From positions 40,796,001 to 40,860,000 of the forward strand of contig OX597823.1 of NCBI GenBank assembly GCA_951406725.2: 64,000 nucleotides of DNA, given 5' to 3'. The translations under genes and the position numbers were made by a program. Of this stretch, positions 26,235 to 39,665 are shown in pieces. Below the pieces are notes generated by a model, which saw nothing but the letters and a program-made list of their open reading frames with translations, was not told the DNA's origin and made no database searches. Source of the stretch: Octopus vulgaris (Eukaryota). How positions within the stretch are numbered: position 1 is the stretch's first letter; each line of letters starts with the position of its first letter.

Positions 26235-26986
26235 ATATATATATATAGACGTACATTATAACTTTGTTTTTCTTGTCTCAGTCATCGAAGTGCAGCTATG
26301 GAGGGGCAGTGACTTGAAGGGCTTCACCGTTTTAATTGATAACATTATTTATAGCAAACGTTGGAGAGCAAATGCAACACGTGCACTCACACAAACATAC
26401 ATACACGTACACATACACACCCGCGCGCACACACACACATGCATACACATATGCATATATGTATAAATATATATACATATATATATTTGAAAGCTTGCAA
26501 GTTGAAAACATTCCCACGGCTTTACTCTGAGTTTCGTTCGAAAAGCGGAAACAAGAAAGTCCGTCTTTGATGATTCTGGCTCCCTATGTATAATGCAATC
26601 CCTCATCTTTCTGTATTGAGTTCAGTTTTTCCCTTCTTCACAGTATCTCCTTATATACTTAAACAAATGCAAAGACACACACACACACACATACACATAC
26701 ATGCATATACATTTATGCCATATATATATATGTTTATATATATATAAACACATATATATTTATACACATATAAATATATATATGTATATATATTATTTTG
26801 CGCATATTTGTGCAGCTGTTTATATGAGTGCGTGTGCCAGACAGTCTTTAAGTGAAAGTAGTTATAGCTGTGTCTATGTTTGAGTAATGTGTATGTGTCA
26901 ATACCTGAATCTGTATGTATTTGTATGAGCGAAGAAATCCACAACTGAGCGCTCACGGACACACACAAACACACGCACACACATAC

Positions 26987-27059
<73 letters not shown>

Positions 27060-27524
27060 TGTATACATGACTACCGTCTACGTATTGTTTTTATGCGTGT
27101 CAGCGAAAGAAAACAGCCAATCACATAAATACATACAAAGTCATGTGATACGCTTCTTCAGAAACGAACTACGTGACGTCAACAAAACAGCGGAACAGAG
27201 AATAACGAAGACCCGCAATACATTCACCATACTCCTTAATCACATTCATACATACATACGTGTAAGTGTGTATATATATATATATATATATATGTATGTT
27301 TGTATATGTATGTATATCAAAAACTAAGTATATAATTTATTAAATAACTTCAAAATGAATGAATGTAAATGGAGACGTTTCTATAACTTAGGTAGTTTTG
27401 ATTTTGTTTCTCCTTCTATAATTACCTACAAACTTATATGCATAACCACAAACACACATATATTTATATATCACATTATATACATCTATATACATACATA
27501 TATATATATATACATATATATACA

Positions 27525-27622
<98 letters not shown>

Positions 27623-27781
27623 GCACATACATACATACATCATATATATATATATATGTAAAAAAAAGAACATTAAGTATTTAGAAAGCCGTAAGGAAAA
27701 CAAGAAAATAAATATAGATGTTTTTCCTTTTTTTCAACAAATCATGCTTGAAGGAACAGCTTACTATTCATTTCATTGTGT

Positions 27782-27813
<32 letters not shown>

Positions 27814-28784
27814 AGAAAAGATACCTCTTTAAACATAAAGAACAGGATGTTAATATTTCAAATCATGAAATAAAAAAGAAAGGAAAAAAAAACAAATAAA
27901 TTCTAGACGACGCCATTAATAAAATATGAAGTAAAAAGAGCTAAATTATAAATGACAGCATAGATTCTTTCAGTCAATAGCAAAACATCGTATGTTGCAG
28001 ACACGACTTATTATTGACGCATGCGTAACAAAGGGTCAAACGATTATTCTTCAGACTTGCAAGAGCAGCTACTTGCACAATGAGATAGATTTAATCATTA
28101 ATTATTAAGTTTTTAATGTAATTATATACCATCTCATAGGCTGGATGAAGAGCACCAGAACTAATTCTTGCCTGCAATATAAATACAGCCTACTGGCTCT
28201 GTGGTTCAAATCACACATTTATATTGACCTCAATTATCGTTTTTGTAACTTGTTTCTGGTATTCCTCAGATACACCTAAAGAAGGAATGCGGTTTCAAAT
28301 TTTATAATAAAGAGCTATTGTATTTCCCGGCGTATAAAATGCACTTCTCAACTTATTTTATCTTATTTTAAAGAATGAAAAAAATTTTGCATTTAATGCG
28401 TTCGTACCACGGATGTGAGGCTGTGTGTTGTAGGTGAGTGAGCCGGATAAACACAAGCCTATTAGGCACAATCATTTTACTACTAAGATATTGAAAGAAA
28501 CTAAAATTACCACAGTGTGTTAGCACAAATTAACGAAAAAGTACGCCTGCAGTTAGGGAAGGTCACATCATCTCATAATTTCTTCCCTAGCACACACCTG
28601 ATACGTGTCTTACATGAGTTCCTTTTAAGAAGCATTTTTATATTACCTAAATGAAATTTCTAGGAACAGGTATGTTATACTGTCCTCTGCCAATTAGCTG
28701 CTCGCGATAGGAGGATGACAACAAAATCATAGCCATAGTGAGCCATCCCAATGGCCGATCTAGGGTACACAAAACTCTCGATTG

Positions 28785-29520
28785 ATGATCTGGGTGTCGA
28801 ATTATTGATGCACAATTCCGCGGATGTCGAAAAATAAACGAATTGCATGCTATTGAGCTGCAGCTTTGTCGTGCCTTCTTCAGTCGTGGAGATGAAGTGT
28901 TCTTCCATAGTAACGACTGCTTTTTCGTCTCAAGGTCGTACCCGTAGACTCAACACTCATCGCCGGTGTTGATTCTCGACATGAAAGATCAGTGGTCAGC
29001 AGGCGGGGGACAAACTTGACGACAATGACATACGGCATGTCCAATTCAGACGTTAGGATTGCCTGCAAGGACCTATACGACAGACTAACAACATGGGAAA
29101 TGTCGTTGTTTGTCCTCCAGCGGATTACTTTCCTTCACATTTCCGGTGGTGACGCTCGTGCAAGTCTTCCAGATCGTCTTCCAGAGACGTTCTTCCGCTT
29201 TTGAAGCACCCGTGCCACTTGAAACATTGTGTACGAACCATTGCCTCGCCCTTCTAGGCATGCTCAATATCTAATGAGGCAAACGTCTCAAGTTTGAAGC
29301 AAAATTTCGCGTTGGCTCCTTGTTCCAACTTCCTGTCGATGAGAAAATCGCAGACTACAGCAAGCACGTGATCACAAAAACATAAATTTCGCTACTTGCG
29401 AAGTAAACATAGCAAGGTCACTTGCCACATTGCCTCATAAAGGTCTTTGCTAGTTTCACTGCGCGTACAACCTTGTGCTGCTACAAGGACTAGTTCAAGA
29501 ACATTTTGATACTACCTCGT
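28785..29520 (-). mobile_element. Mariner transposon remnant (TIR plus N-terminal half of the transposase)
   Basis: Minus-strand peptides QAILTSELDM...KFVPRLLT (WVPR-like linker) and FDIRGIVHQ. The terminus acgaggtagtatcaaaatgttc resembles irritans-type TIRs. Confidence 0.8.
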
Positions 29521-30703
29521 TTCTGGTTAAAGACGTTCCAGCCAGGATCAACCCGGTATTTTTCAAGCTTACCGTACTTTGGATTACATTATCCTGTGTC
29601 CTTCACTTTCGAAGGAAATAAAGCATGGTGAAACAATTATTTGAGTTGGCAGGGGGTGGCAAAATATTGCAAAACTATACCTTTTTTGTAGATGTTGGTG
29701 TTTTAATTTTTATACGAGTTTCGTCTAATAATTCTCGCTTAGTTATTCACAGCATACACACAGACGTATATGAACAAACGCTAACACACACATCCACACA
29801 CTCGCAAACACACGCATGCACGCACACGTGTATTCCCAACACACACATCCATATATATCACAACACAGATATACATGTGTAACCCTACGAAGTGGTCTCT
29901 ATACAGTCGTTCGTTCTGCTAGAAATAAGGGTCAAATCCCCATTAAATCACACTGTTCCTTCCAGAAATTTAAATTGCATCACAGAGAGCTGGATATACA
30001 CACTATTCCTGAATACAAGATAGCTTCCTCGTTATTATAAACGCTGATTCTGCATTTGTGAAAGACGAGTTGACCCAAGCTAAAACACATACATCCTAGG
30101 TGCTTGTTCCTCTCCCCATAATATACATACTTCCATGTGCGTGTATATGTGTGTGCATGAGCATGCGAGTATCTATGGGATGAGCTACGCATATATGTGG
30201 GTGTATGTGTGTGCATGTATGTGTATATGTGTTTGTGCGCTTGTGCATACCTGTACATGTGTGTGCATGCCTGTATGCATGCTCGCATGTGCATGTGTGC
30301 GTGAGAAAGAGAGAGAAAGGGAGAAAGAGAGATGAGAGAGAGAGGAGCGAGAGAGAAGAGAGAGACAGAGAGAGAAGAGAGAGACAGTCAGAGAGATACA
30401 GAGAGAGAGAGAGAGATACATAGGAAGTCTTGTGAAAGCCAGCACAAGATCGTTATGCATATCTGCCATTTCATCTGAGTATCCAATATCCTTGGAAACG
30501 ATATCGTAAGTCTTGATTTGCAATGTTCCGTTTGCCTTACATTCACAACTATATAGACTGAAGGCCTTGTTAAATATGAAACAAATACGTATAAACATGA
30601 TACGTCTGTCTACTTGGGTGAGCTGTTAGAATAATAAAAGTCAACAGAGAAATACAACTAACATGTCATCTGATATTTGATTAATGGTTGTTCCAGTCGC
30701 TGT

Positions 30704-30897
30704 CAGTGGCGCATGGTGGTTGTTGTATTGGGTGTGTTACCACACCCAGTATCATCAAGTTTCAAGTAGGGGTATAACAAAAGTTTTCCATTAAGATTTG
30801 TGATTAAATTAATGGGCAAGGTTAATACTTGTAATGAATTTACCATTTTCGATGGGTGTGCAGCGCACAACTAGCACACCCGGAATATACGCCCCTG
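30704..30897. mobile_element. hAT-type MITE with 8-bp TSD
   Basis: TIRs cagtggcgca...tacgcccctg. The flanking 8-mers are gtcgctgt (30696-30703) and gtcactgt (30898-30905). Confidence 0.75.
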
Positions 30898-31133
30898 GTC
30901 ACTGTCTACTTGTAAAATGAAGTATCTTCTATAGTCTTCTTAACTTGTTTCCCTCACTGGACTATGGACAATCTGTGGCACCGCCTTGAAGGGTTTTAAG
31001 TCGAAGAAATCGAACCTTAGTATTAATATTTTTAAAGTTTGTTACTTGTTCTTTCGGCCTTTGTTGCCAGACATCCATTTTACGTGGAGGTAAACAAAGC
31101 AACGCTGTGAAACGAATACACATATACATTGCA

Positions 31134-31148
31134 TGTGTGTGTGCGTGC

Positions 31149-31193
<45 letters not shown>

Positions 31194-31198
31194 CGTGC

Positions 31199-31255
<57 letters not shown>
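31134..31255. repeat. (TG)n/(TGCG)n microsatellite
   Basis: Seen directly. Confidence 0.95.
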
Positions 31256-31257
<2 letters not shown>

Positions 31258-31258
<1 letters not shown>

Positions 31259-31442
31259 CACTGCTTGACAATCGGTTTTGGTTTGTGTGTTCCTGTAACT
31301 TAGCATTTCAGCAAAATGAAACCGACAGGATAAGTATCTGATTTAACAAGAGACACAAGTACTGGAGTCGATTCGTTGAACTAAAGTGTTCAAGAAGGTG
31401 CCCAACATGGCCGCCGTCCAATGAATGAAACAAGTAAAAGAA
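31258..31442 (+). mobile_element. SINE family B, 3' fragment
   Basis: cttgacaatcgg...ctgtaacttagc...aacatggccgccgtccaatgaatgaaacaagtaaaag matches the family B tail. Confidence 0.75.
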
Positions 31443-31989
31443 ACACTGCAAAAAGAAAAAAAAATGGCAAACTCAAACTGGCAAACTCAAAAGTCAGTTA
31501 CTAAATTCTGCACATTAATAAAATGTAAATCAGTTAATGTATTCGAAGTGCGAAGCTGAATAATGAAGAACCAAAAGTTATGTACAAAATGAATCGTACT
31601 TGATATCATCAAATATTCATTAGGAAATACGATTTGTTTCAATTTACCTAATTTCCTTCGAAACGTAATTTTTAACAAACAGTGTATTGGATTTTATGTT
31701 GTTTCGCGTTTCTCTGTTTAAATGAACAATCTGAGGTCAAGTTTTCCTTCCATCCTGGTAGTTCAACACAATAAGTACCAGTCATATACGGTGACGGATA
31801 GCAATTTAATTGATAGTCACTTTCTTCCTACGCAATGTGGGGCAATGTATGTATCTCAATCATATATTAATAGTTTAAGGAAAAGAACCAGGGTAAAGAT
31901 GATATAACAGTGTTTGGGGGTCACGTGAATAAAAAATGGTGGCATTGAAATAATATATGAAATCATAATCAATATTCTTATTATTGCTA

Positions 31990-32570
31990 AAGCGGCGAGC
32001 TAGCAGGATCATTTGCACGTCGGGGAAAATGCTTAGCAGTATTTTGTCCGTCTTTACGTTCCGAGTTCAAATTCAGCTGGGTCTACTTTGCTTTCCACCC
32101 TTTCTGGAGTCGATGTAACCGAGTTACTCCGTCTCCAGGACTTACTGGCCTTGTGTCAAAATTTGAAATCTATATTCTTATTATTGTTAAAGCGATGAGC
32201 TGTCAGAGACGACGGCATGTAGGGGAAAATGCTTAGCAGTATTTCGTCCGTTTTTATATTCAGAGTTCAAATTCCGCCGAGGTCGACTTTGCCTTCGGGA
32301 TCGATAAAATAACTACGAATTGTACTCTGAGGTCGATTAAATCGACTGATCCCCTTCCCCGAAATAGCTGGCCTTATGGAATCAATATTCTTATGACAGA
32401 TGGCATAATCTTCAGCGCGTCGGACAAACTGGCAAACGGTATTTCTTCTGGATTTTTGCGTTCTAAGTTCAGACTCTGCCGTAGTCAAATTTCCCTTTAC
32501 TCCTATTTTCGAGGGTCAGTAAATTAACTACTAGTTGTGTACTGAAGTCGATGTAATAGGACTAGCCCCC
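31990..32570 (+). mobile_element. Head-to-tail array of three SINE family A copies
   Basis: Heads at ~31990, ~32190 and ~32400, each with a B-box-like gagttcaaatt or aagttcagact motif and the core. Confidence 0.85.
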
Positions 32571-32590
32571 TTGTACCTATAACAGATAGG

Positions 32591-32646
<56 letters not shown>

Positions 32647-32697
32647 CATTATTATTATTATCATATATGCGTTCTAAGATATGTGTGTGTGTGTTGA

Positions 32698-32771
<74 letters not shown>

Positions 32772-33329
32772 AACGGAGAAGGAAAAGAGTTGAATGAATG
32801 CAATTTACAGTTTACTCTAGTTTGTTGTTCTCCTCTGGACAAAATCTTAAAATTCTGCATATGTTTTACATTGGTTTTGGGAATTTGCAGAATTCTGCTG
32901 TACTGCACAATTGGTTTTCGTTAGGTTTCGACACTTGATTTTCTAATTATAAGGACAATTTTATTCTGAAGTTTTGGGGGTATGTTTCCTACAAGTGTGG
33001 GCACATTTCTTCTTCTGCTGCAGTTTGCGATTTTAAGGGCACTTATACTGTTTCATATTACTTTTATTTTATATTTTAAAATCTCCCAAAGATTCTACAA
33101 CGATGGAAACTACTTCAATATCCATAATTAGCTATCTTTAACTTTGTTTTACTTTTTGGAAATGGTTGTATTTAGATGAATTTTCTTCCTCAATGCCAGT
33201 CATGTGTTTGTGAACACGACATATTGATCGCTAAGTATCTTTCATTTCTATAGCTTTCTAATCGTTGGCATTACAATCATCAGTCTCCGACAAAAGCATT
33301 CACTGATTCGAATATAAAATCCAGTATCA

Positions 33330-33495
33330 TTTCGTGTCGGAGCACGTATATTCTGAGTTCAAACTCTGTAGATATCAACTACGTGTTTCATCTACCAGGG
33401 TCGATAAGATAAATTATTAGTCAAATAAAAGGGCCGACTTGATCGATACTGTCCTTTCTCTCAATATTGGTCTTTGTGCTAAACTCAAACATCAT
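33330..33495 (+). mobile_element. SINE family A, degenerate
   Basis: atttcgt...ttctgagttcaaac...tttcatc...gggtcgataag. Confidence 0.6.
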
Positions 33496-33706
33496 TATGT
33501 TGTATATCTTCAAAACAAAACAATATTCTGTATTCATATGAAGTACCTTGTCCAACAATATACAGCAGGGTTATTACAAATAAAAACTGAAACGCAGAAA
33601 CCTCATAAAACCCAATTTTTCCATAGCCTCTATACCATGTCAGATTGTATTAGGAGTGTAATCCTACGTTGAGCAAAGGTGGTGATCTAATGGAATATCT
33701 GGAATA

Positions 33707-33755
<49 letters not shown>

Positions 33756-34309
33756 GAAATATATTATGATCTTTCATAAAAGCAGGTCTGACACAAAATA
33801 GAATATTTATTGTTGTGCTAGTGTCAGAAATTGCAATCATAAGCACCACAGCCCTCATCACACTTATCTATATTATTGTTTACTTTGTCATCATCCTTGT
33901 TTTCGCATCAGCATCAGCATCGTTAAAAGCGTATAGCCCCTTCGATCGAATGGCAAGAAAAGTCGAACTACAAACGTCGTGCACGTACCGTTTAGTTTTA
34001 AGTTCAAAACCTATAGGAACAAGACTACAACAACTTCTACCATTGCGCAGTCTATAAATATCTACTGCTGTGATGATGCATTGTAATAAAATCAATGACT
34101 TGAGTTATGTTACACATCTGTCGGCATCTGGTAAAATAAAAAATAAAAAAACAAAGCAAACAAACATTGCTTAAGTGAGGGAATTACATGAAACAACTAT
34201 TGTGCGGAACCGAACGTCATTAGAAGAGGTTGTAAGGCCTTATGAGATGAAAAACATATACAAAGACACACACAAACGGGCACGCATATACTTATACATA
34301 CATATATAT

Positions 34310-34346
<37 letters not shown>

Positions 34347-34635
34347 AAATTCACCAAAGAAAGTGCTCCATCTGGTGAATTGTTTATTGTGACCTTTAAA
34401 TAAATAATATTCGTGTATGTGTATAAACAATACCGACCACACATATTCAATGCATGTGCTATGCTTATTCACCGGTAGGCTGCGTTATAGCGCGGTGGGG
34501 ATGACTCCCTCAATGCGCCAGGTTTTAAATGACGTGAGAGTCATAGACAATGTCCACACACACACAAACACACACACACACTCACTCACACATACACATA
34601 TATACCATATATTCATATATATATCCATGGATGTA

Positions 34636-35496
34636 CAGGGTGCTGCGAATACATTGTCGTCGAAATTACGTAAATATGAACATAGGACTGATATCTCATT
34701 TTAATGGATATATTTACCAAAATTACATGAAAATATTTTGAAATACTAAAGAGTAAATTCATTCAATAAAATCATCATTAACTTCAACGGAAATTCCTGC
34801 AACTCTTCTGGACGGTCTCCTTGTTTAAGTTAGTGAATGCTGCCATAATCCTTGCCTTCAGTTCACATTTGGTGTTACAGAGAGTTTAGTTGGTCTCTCG
34901 TCCAACTGCGCCCCACACATAATAATCAGGTGGGTGGAAGTCTGGGGGAGTTAGATGGTAAGATGTTAGGGATGATGTGATTGCAGAAATCGTCTGACAA
35001 TCATGACTAGGCTCTTCTGCTTGTGTGACATGGTGCACAGTCCTGTTGCCAGACATAGGATCTCCCAGCAGCCACCCTCTTGACCCAGAGCAGCACTAAC
35101 TCCTGCAGGCACTTGATGTAGGCCTCCGTTTTGAGTGTGAGGCCATGTGGGAAGATGAATAGAGGCATAACGTCGCCATCACTAGCGATCACTCCGAACA
35201 CCACGATGTTGACTCGATGTTTGATTTTTATCAATCTCGGTACATGTTGTCATATTGCGCTATCCTCAGATAGACACCGAAACACTCTGAAATATTGGTA
35301 TTAGCGCTTCCGGCGCGAATGTCATGCAGTACAGCATGTCGTTTTTAAATTTCTGGTAGAGTGAATTAAATGATGGTGCTATTTTCTTCACAGACGGTGC
35401 GCAACTGACCCTACTATACTGTGTAGTCGACGAAATCAAAAACAAACAATACGCTTGAGCAAAAATATAAAAAGGCGACAATTTACCCATCGCACG

Positions 35497-35499
<3 letters not shown>
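34636..35499 (-). mobile_element. Tc1/mariner-superfamily DD37D (maT) element, internally deleted
   Basis: Imperfect TIRs cagggtgctgcgaatacattgtcg and cgacaatttacccatcgcacgctg, each flanked by TA. The peptide VVFGVIASDG...YVWQQDCAPCHTS...NSPDFHPPDY has 37 residues between the last two Asp after correcting one frameshift. Confidence 0.85.
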
Positions 35500-35534
<35 letters not shown>

Positions 35535-35536
<2 letters not shown>

Positions 35537-35700
35537 GGGAGCCTCCTTTCATTTTCTGTCTATGATATTCACTTCACATAGAGTTTGGCCAATCCGAGAC
35601 TATAGCAGAAAACACTTGCCCACGATGCCACGCAGTGATACTGAACCCGAAACCGTGTAGTTGTAAGACGAAATTTTTAACTACACGCCCATAGGTACGC
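35535..35700 (-). mobile_element. SINE family B, 5' part
   Basis: gactatagcagaaaacacttgcccacgatgccacgcagtgatactgaacccgaaacc matches 63828-63885. Confidence 0.75.
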
Positions 35701-37151
35701 TTATGTCTTAAGCATACACTTATGCATGCAGCTACAATTAATTTATAATCTTCTATTGAATATATTTGCACACACTTACACACAAAATATGTATAGGCAT
35801 ATTGCTATTCATAGATACAAAAATAATATACTTACGTACATACAAACGTACATATATATACATACATACATACATACATGCATACATACATACATACATA
35901 CATACATACATACATACATACATACATACATGCGTACGTACATACATACACACACGCACACGTATGTATGAATTGCTTATCTGAATAATACCAGTTTGCG
36001 CATGTTACAATCTCCACCCACATAACTAAACAATAGGTATCAGATCGACATCGTCCTCCATTTTCTCTTCACAAAGGAGTATTCACCTCGAAATATAAAG
36101 TAAAGTGAAAACTGTTGTTCTACCTTTCTTCTGTTTTCACTCCGTTATTTCAATTTGCATTGTATTGGCTTTTAAACAATTGAAAACTTGACGCGTGTTT
36201 ATGTATGTACCTACGTATATATGTAATGTATGTATGTATGCATGCATATATGTATGTATATATGTCTATGTATGTGTGTATGTGTATTTATGTATGTATG
36301 TATTTATGTATATATGCATTTATGAAATACAGAGAGAAATTCCAATCAGGTTATCGTCCTAATCCACCGCAAAAATGAACTCAATGTAACAGCGTAAGAA
36401 TTCTTGATGTTTACTGCCTTCCCGAGGGTAATATACACGAAGTCGGTGTGTGAGAGTGTGTGTGTGTAGTTATGTATACTCAACCACATATATTAACGTA
36501 TGGTTGCATGTGTATGGTAAAAGAAAATGATGCATATAACTTTAGGTTGTTTGTATATTGTATCCGACATATTCTGTACTTAAAGTTCTTTGTCTTTTCT
36601 TTTCCCTGTGGCAAATAAAGAAATCTTCATCACCATCATTTCCGTCATCAACATCTTCATCTTTTAATCATCTTAATGTTAGTTTCTTATTGTTGTTCTT
36701 GATGCTGGTGGTTTTGTTGTTGTCGTTGTTGTCGTCATCGATGTTGATTTCTGCTGTTATCGTAGGTGGCGTTTACCTGTCGGCTAAGTCCCTTAAATCG
36801 ATTTAGATTACAAATTTTGACTGCTTCATTCAAGTCACTAACGCCCCCTGGCGAATGTATAACTGTTTATGATTGCAATTGGCTATAGTCGACCAAATGA
36901 AGACGTTCTGTCTATAAACAATGACTCCATTTTGGTTCATTTCTTAACTTTTGTTTTTATTACGTTTTATTTATCTTTGGTGCCTTTTGTGGCTAGAAAT
37001 TACAAGGAAAATATTTATTATAGAACTCTGGAAATATAAATATTAATGTTTTATAATATAGAAAACATGTCTACTATATATTCATCATTTTCACGTTCTT
37101 ACTGTCATTGGTATCTCCGTCTGTCTGTTTATCTTTCTCTGCGTCTGTCTG

Positions 37152-37191
<40 letters not shown>

Positions 37192-37424
37192 TCTCACTCT
37201 CTCTCTCTCACTCTCTCTTTGTCTCTTACCATTTTTTTCTGTTCAATTTTCTCTTTTACAACAACTTGTTTATTACGTACTTGCATCGATTTAAATTATT
37301 CTCCCCGACGTACGGAACTCTGGGCCCTTGGTTTAGTTTGTAACTTCTTCTGACAAGTAACAACAACAACAACAACAGCAACAAGAATAATAATAAAACC
37401 ATATAATAAAAATCATTAAAAAAC

Positions 37425-37845
37425 AAAAATGTAGAAGCTATAACTGGATCCTCAGCACTACACACTGTCCAAAAATAGCCCTGCTAGGAATAGCCCACAT
37501 CCTGCGCAAGACTATCAATCCAATAATACAACCTAAACAAATACAAGACACACTCTATATAGCATTTACCCAGTGAAATAAACTCCCACCAGCAATCCAG
37601 AAAATCAAAGCATTACACATTCAACATACACTACAAGCAGTAACACAACAAAAGACAGCACTATACCTCAAGGAAAAAAAAGCTAACACAATACAGTACC
37701 GGGAAGAGTTTGCACACCCTCAACAGAAAAAAGAACATACAATGCTGCACACGCCTCAGCAACTCGTAGGTTTAGCAGGTGATGTAGCGGAAATTTGACT
37801 CAATCAACCAAATATTGAACAGTTATATAGTAACAATAATTATTA
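37425..37845 (+). mobile_element. R4/Dong-like (REL-endonuclease) LINE 3' end
   Basis: Peptide VEAITGSSALHTVQK/IALLGIAHILRKT (cf. R4-clade C-terminus QKxALLGTAxILRK), followed by an A/C-rich 3' UTR, next to (CAA)/(AAT) repeats. Confidence 0.65.
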
Positions 37846-37857
37846 ATACTTTCTAAT

Positions 37858-38070
37858 ATAGGCACCAGGGCTGAAATTTTATAGGAGGGGCTAGTCCAAT
37901 AACATCGATCCCAATGCTCAATTGGTGCTTATCTTAACAACCCCCGAGAGGGGTGAGGTGAAAGGCAAAGTCGACCTCAGAGGAATTTGAACTCAGCACG
38001 TAAAGACGGACGAAATGCCGGTAAGAATTTTTCCCTGTGTGCAAAAGATTCTGCCAGTTCACCGCCTTAA
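37858..38070 (-). mobile_element. SINE family A copy
   Basis: tgaaaggcaaagtcgacctcagaggaatttgaactcag...ttctgccagttcaccgcctt is the reverse complement of the family A core and head. Confidence 0.88.
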
Positions 38071-38393
38071 TAGCAAAAACAATAGCAATGACAACAATAC
38101 CAACCAGTGTGTAAGCAGCTTATATGTATTGTTGATAGGGTAACGCTGCTGGCTTCTGTGTGCTTTTTAATTCCTGAGAAACGGTGATTAAACCGTGAAA
38201 CAGCCCGTCGTATGACTCCTTTTCTCTTTTTCACACATGAGCGTTACGCAAAGAACAGGTTTATTTAGTTTTAAATAATATTTAAATTTCTCTTTTTGTC
38301 ATTTACACTGTGCTGTGCATGAATAGGTATTGTGGTATTATTCAATTACTAGCCCTGCTTTAAAATCACAAATACACATTGGATATAAGAGTT

Positions 38394-38424
<31 letters not shown>

Positions 38425-38803
38425 ACACACGCACGCACATACACACACACAACACATGCAACACTCACAACACACTCTTGTTCTTTCGGTGCCAGGTTTC
38501 CTACCGCTGATGATTCGCAATACGGCGAAATAACGTGATACAGTAGCGGTATCTGCCACTGCTGACGAAATTCAATCAACCGATAGAATTTCGACAGAAT
38601 TTTCACACCGCAGTCCACAGCGTTATAAACAACGCATTCTGGTTTAGTTGGATGTTCTAGTTAATACTTTGTCCGCTTCTTTTTTTATTTGACTGCCTGT
38701 GTGGCAGTCTGTCCCTTTATGTGTCTCCGTCATGTTTTACCTTCTTTTCTCGTTTTGATTTTCCTCATTTTTGCTTAACTTCTTTCTTTCTTTTTTTCTT
38801 TCT

Positions 38804-38846
<43 letters not shown>

Positions 38847-39197
38847 CACCCCTTCACTTTATTCTACGTACTATTTCTTAATCTATATATCTATCTATTT
38901 ATCTATATGTCTGTCTTTCTTTCTCTCTCTCTGTCTCTGTCTCTTTCTCTCTCTCTCTGTCTCTCTCTCTTTGTATATATATATATATATACATATATAT
39001 AAAACTCATTCTCACACTCTCTCTCTTTCTGAACCTCTGTATTACTTTCTTGTCTTACATCCTATCCATTCTTACAAATTAAACAATACGAATACGAACA
39101 ATCTTCTTCACCATCACCAAAACAACCCCCGCCAACCCACCACCACAATTATAACAACTATCTTAAAACAGTACCTCCATTTTTAATTTTGACCATA

Positions 39198-39349
39198 ACA
39201 CCTGCATGCGATATCTCTCTCGTATCTGATTAACGAGGCTCCACTGCTATAATGACTGAGTAATTACAGAAAGACACCTGCATGCGATATCTCTCTCGTA
39301 TCTGATTAACGAGGCTCCACTGCTATAATGACTGAGTAATTACAGAAAG
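39198..39349. repeat. Perfect 76-bp tandem duplication
   Basis: acacctgcatgcgatatc...taattacagaaag occurs at 39198-39273 and 39274-39349. Confidence 0.97.
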
Positions 39350-39442
39350 AAATGTATTTCTTGTCTCTTAACTATCAGATACTTGTTATTCTCTGAAAAC
39401 TTTAACATTTGCCAACATGAATTCATGGCTGTATAACCTTTC

Positions 39443-39665
39443 GACGACGACGATGATGATGATATATTCATAAAATCATACATGGTGGTCGTAGTAGAAG
39501 TAATAGTATCAACAGCAAGTAGTAGAAGAAGAAGAAGAAGAAGAAGAAGAAGAAGAAGAAGAAGAAGAAGAAGAAGAAGAAGAAGAAGAACAACAACAAC
39601 AACAACAACAACAACAGCAGCAGCAATATCATCATCATCAACAACAACGGCAACAACAATAATAT
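39443..39665. repeat. Compound trinucleotide microsatellite (GAC/GAT/GAA/CAA/CAG/CAT)
   Basis: Seen directly. Confidence 0.93.

Noticed and set aside
28318-28412. Possible pogo/Tigger-type MITE
   Set aside because: Only one end resembles a TIR, and the other is too decayed to support a call.
30420-30598. Non-repetitive part of ORF 30185-30598 as an exon
   Set aside because: No strand has a matching acceptor and donor pair, and the peptide is not recognised.
38500-38565. Canonical CTGATGA...GAAA hammerhead or C/D snoRNA
   Set aside because: Stems II and III do not pair in the required register. The C box lacks the leading purine and no terminal stem is visible.
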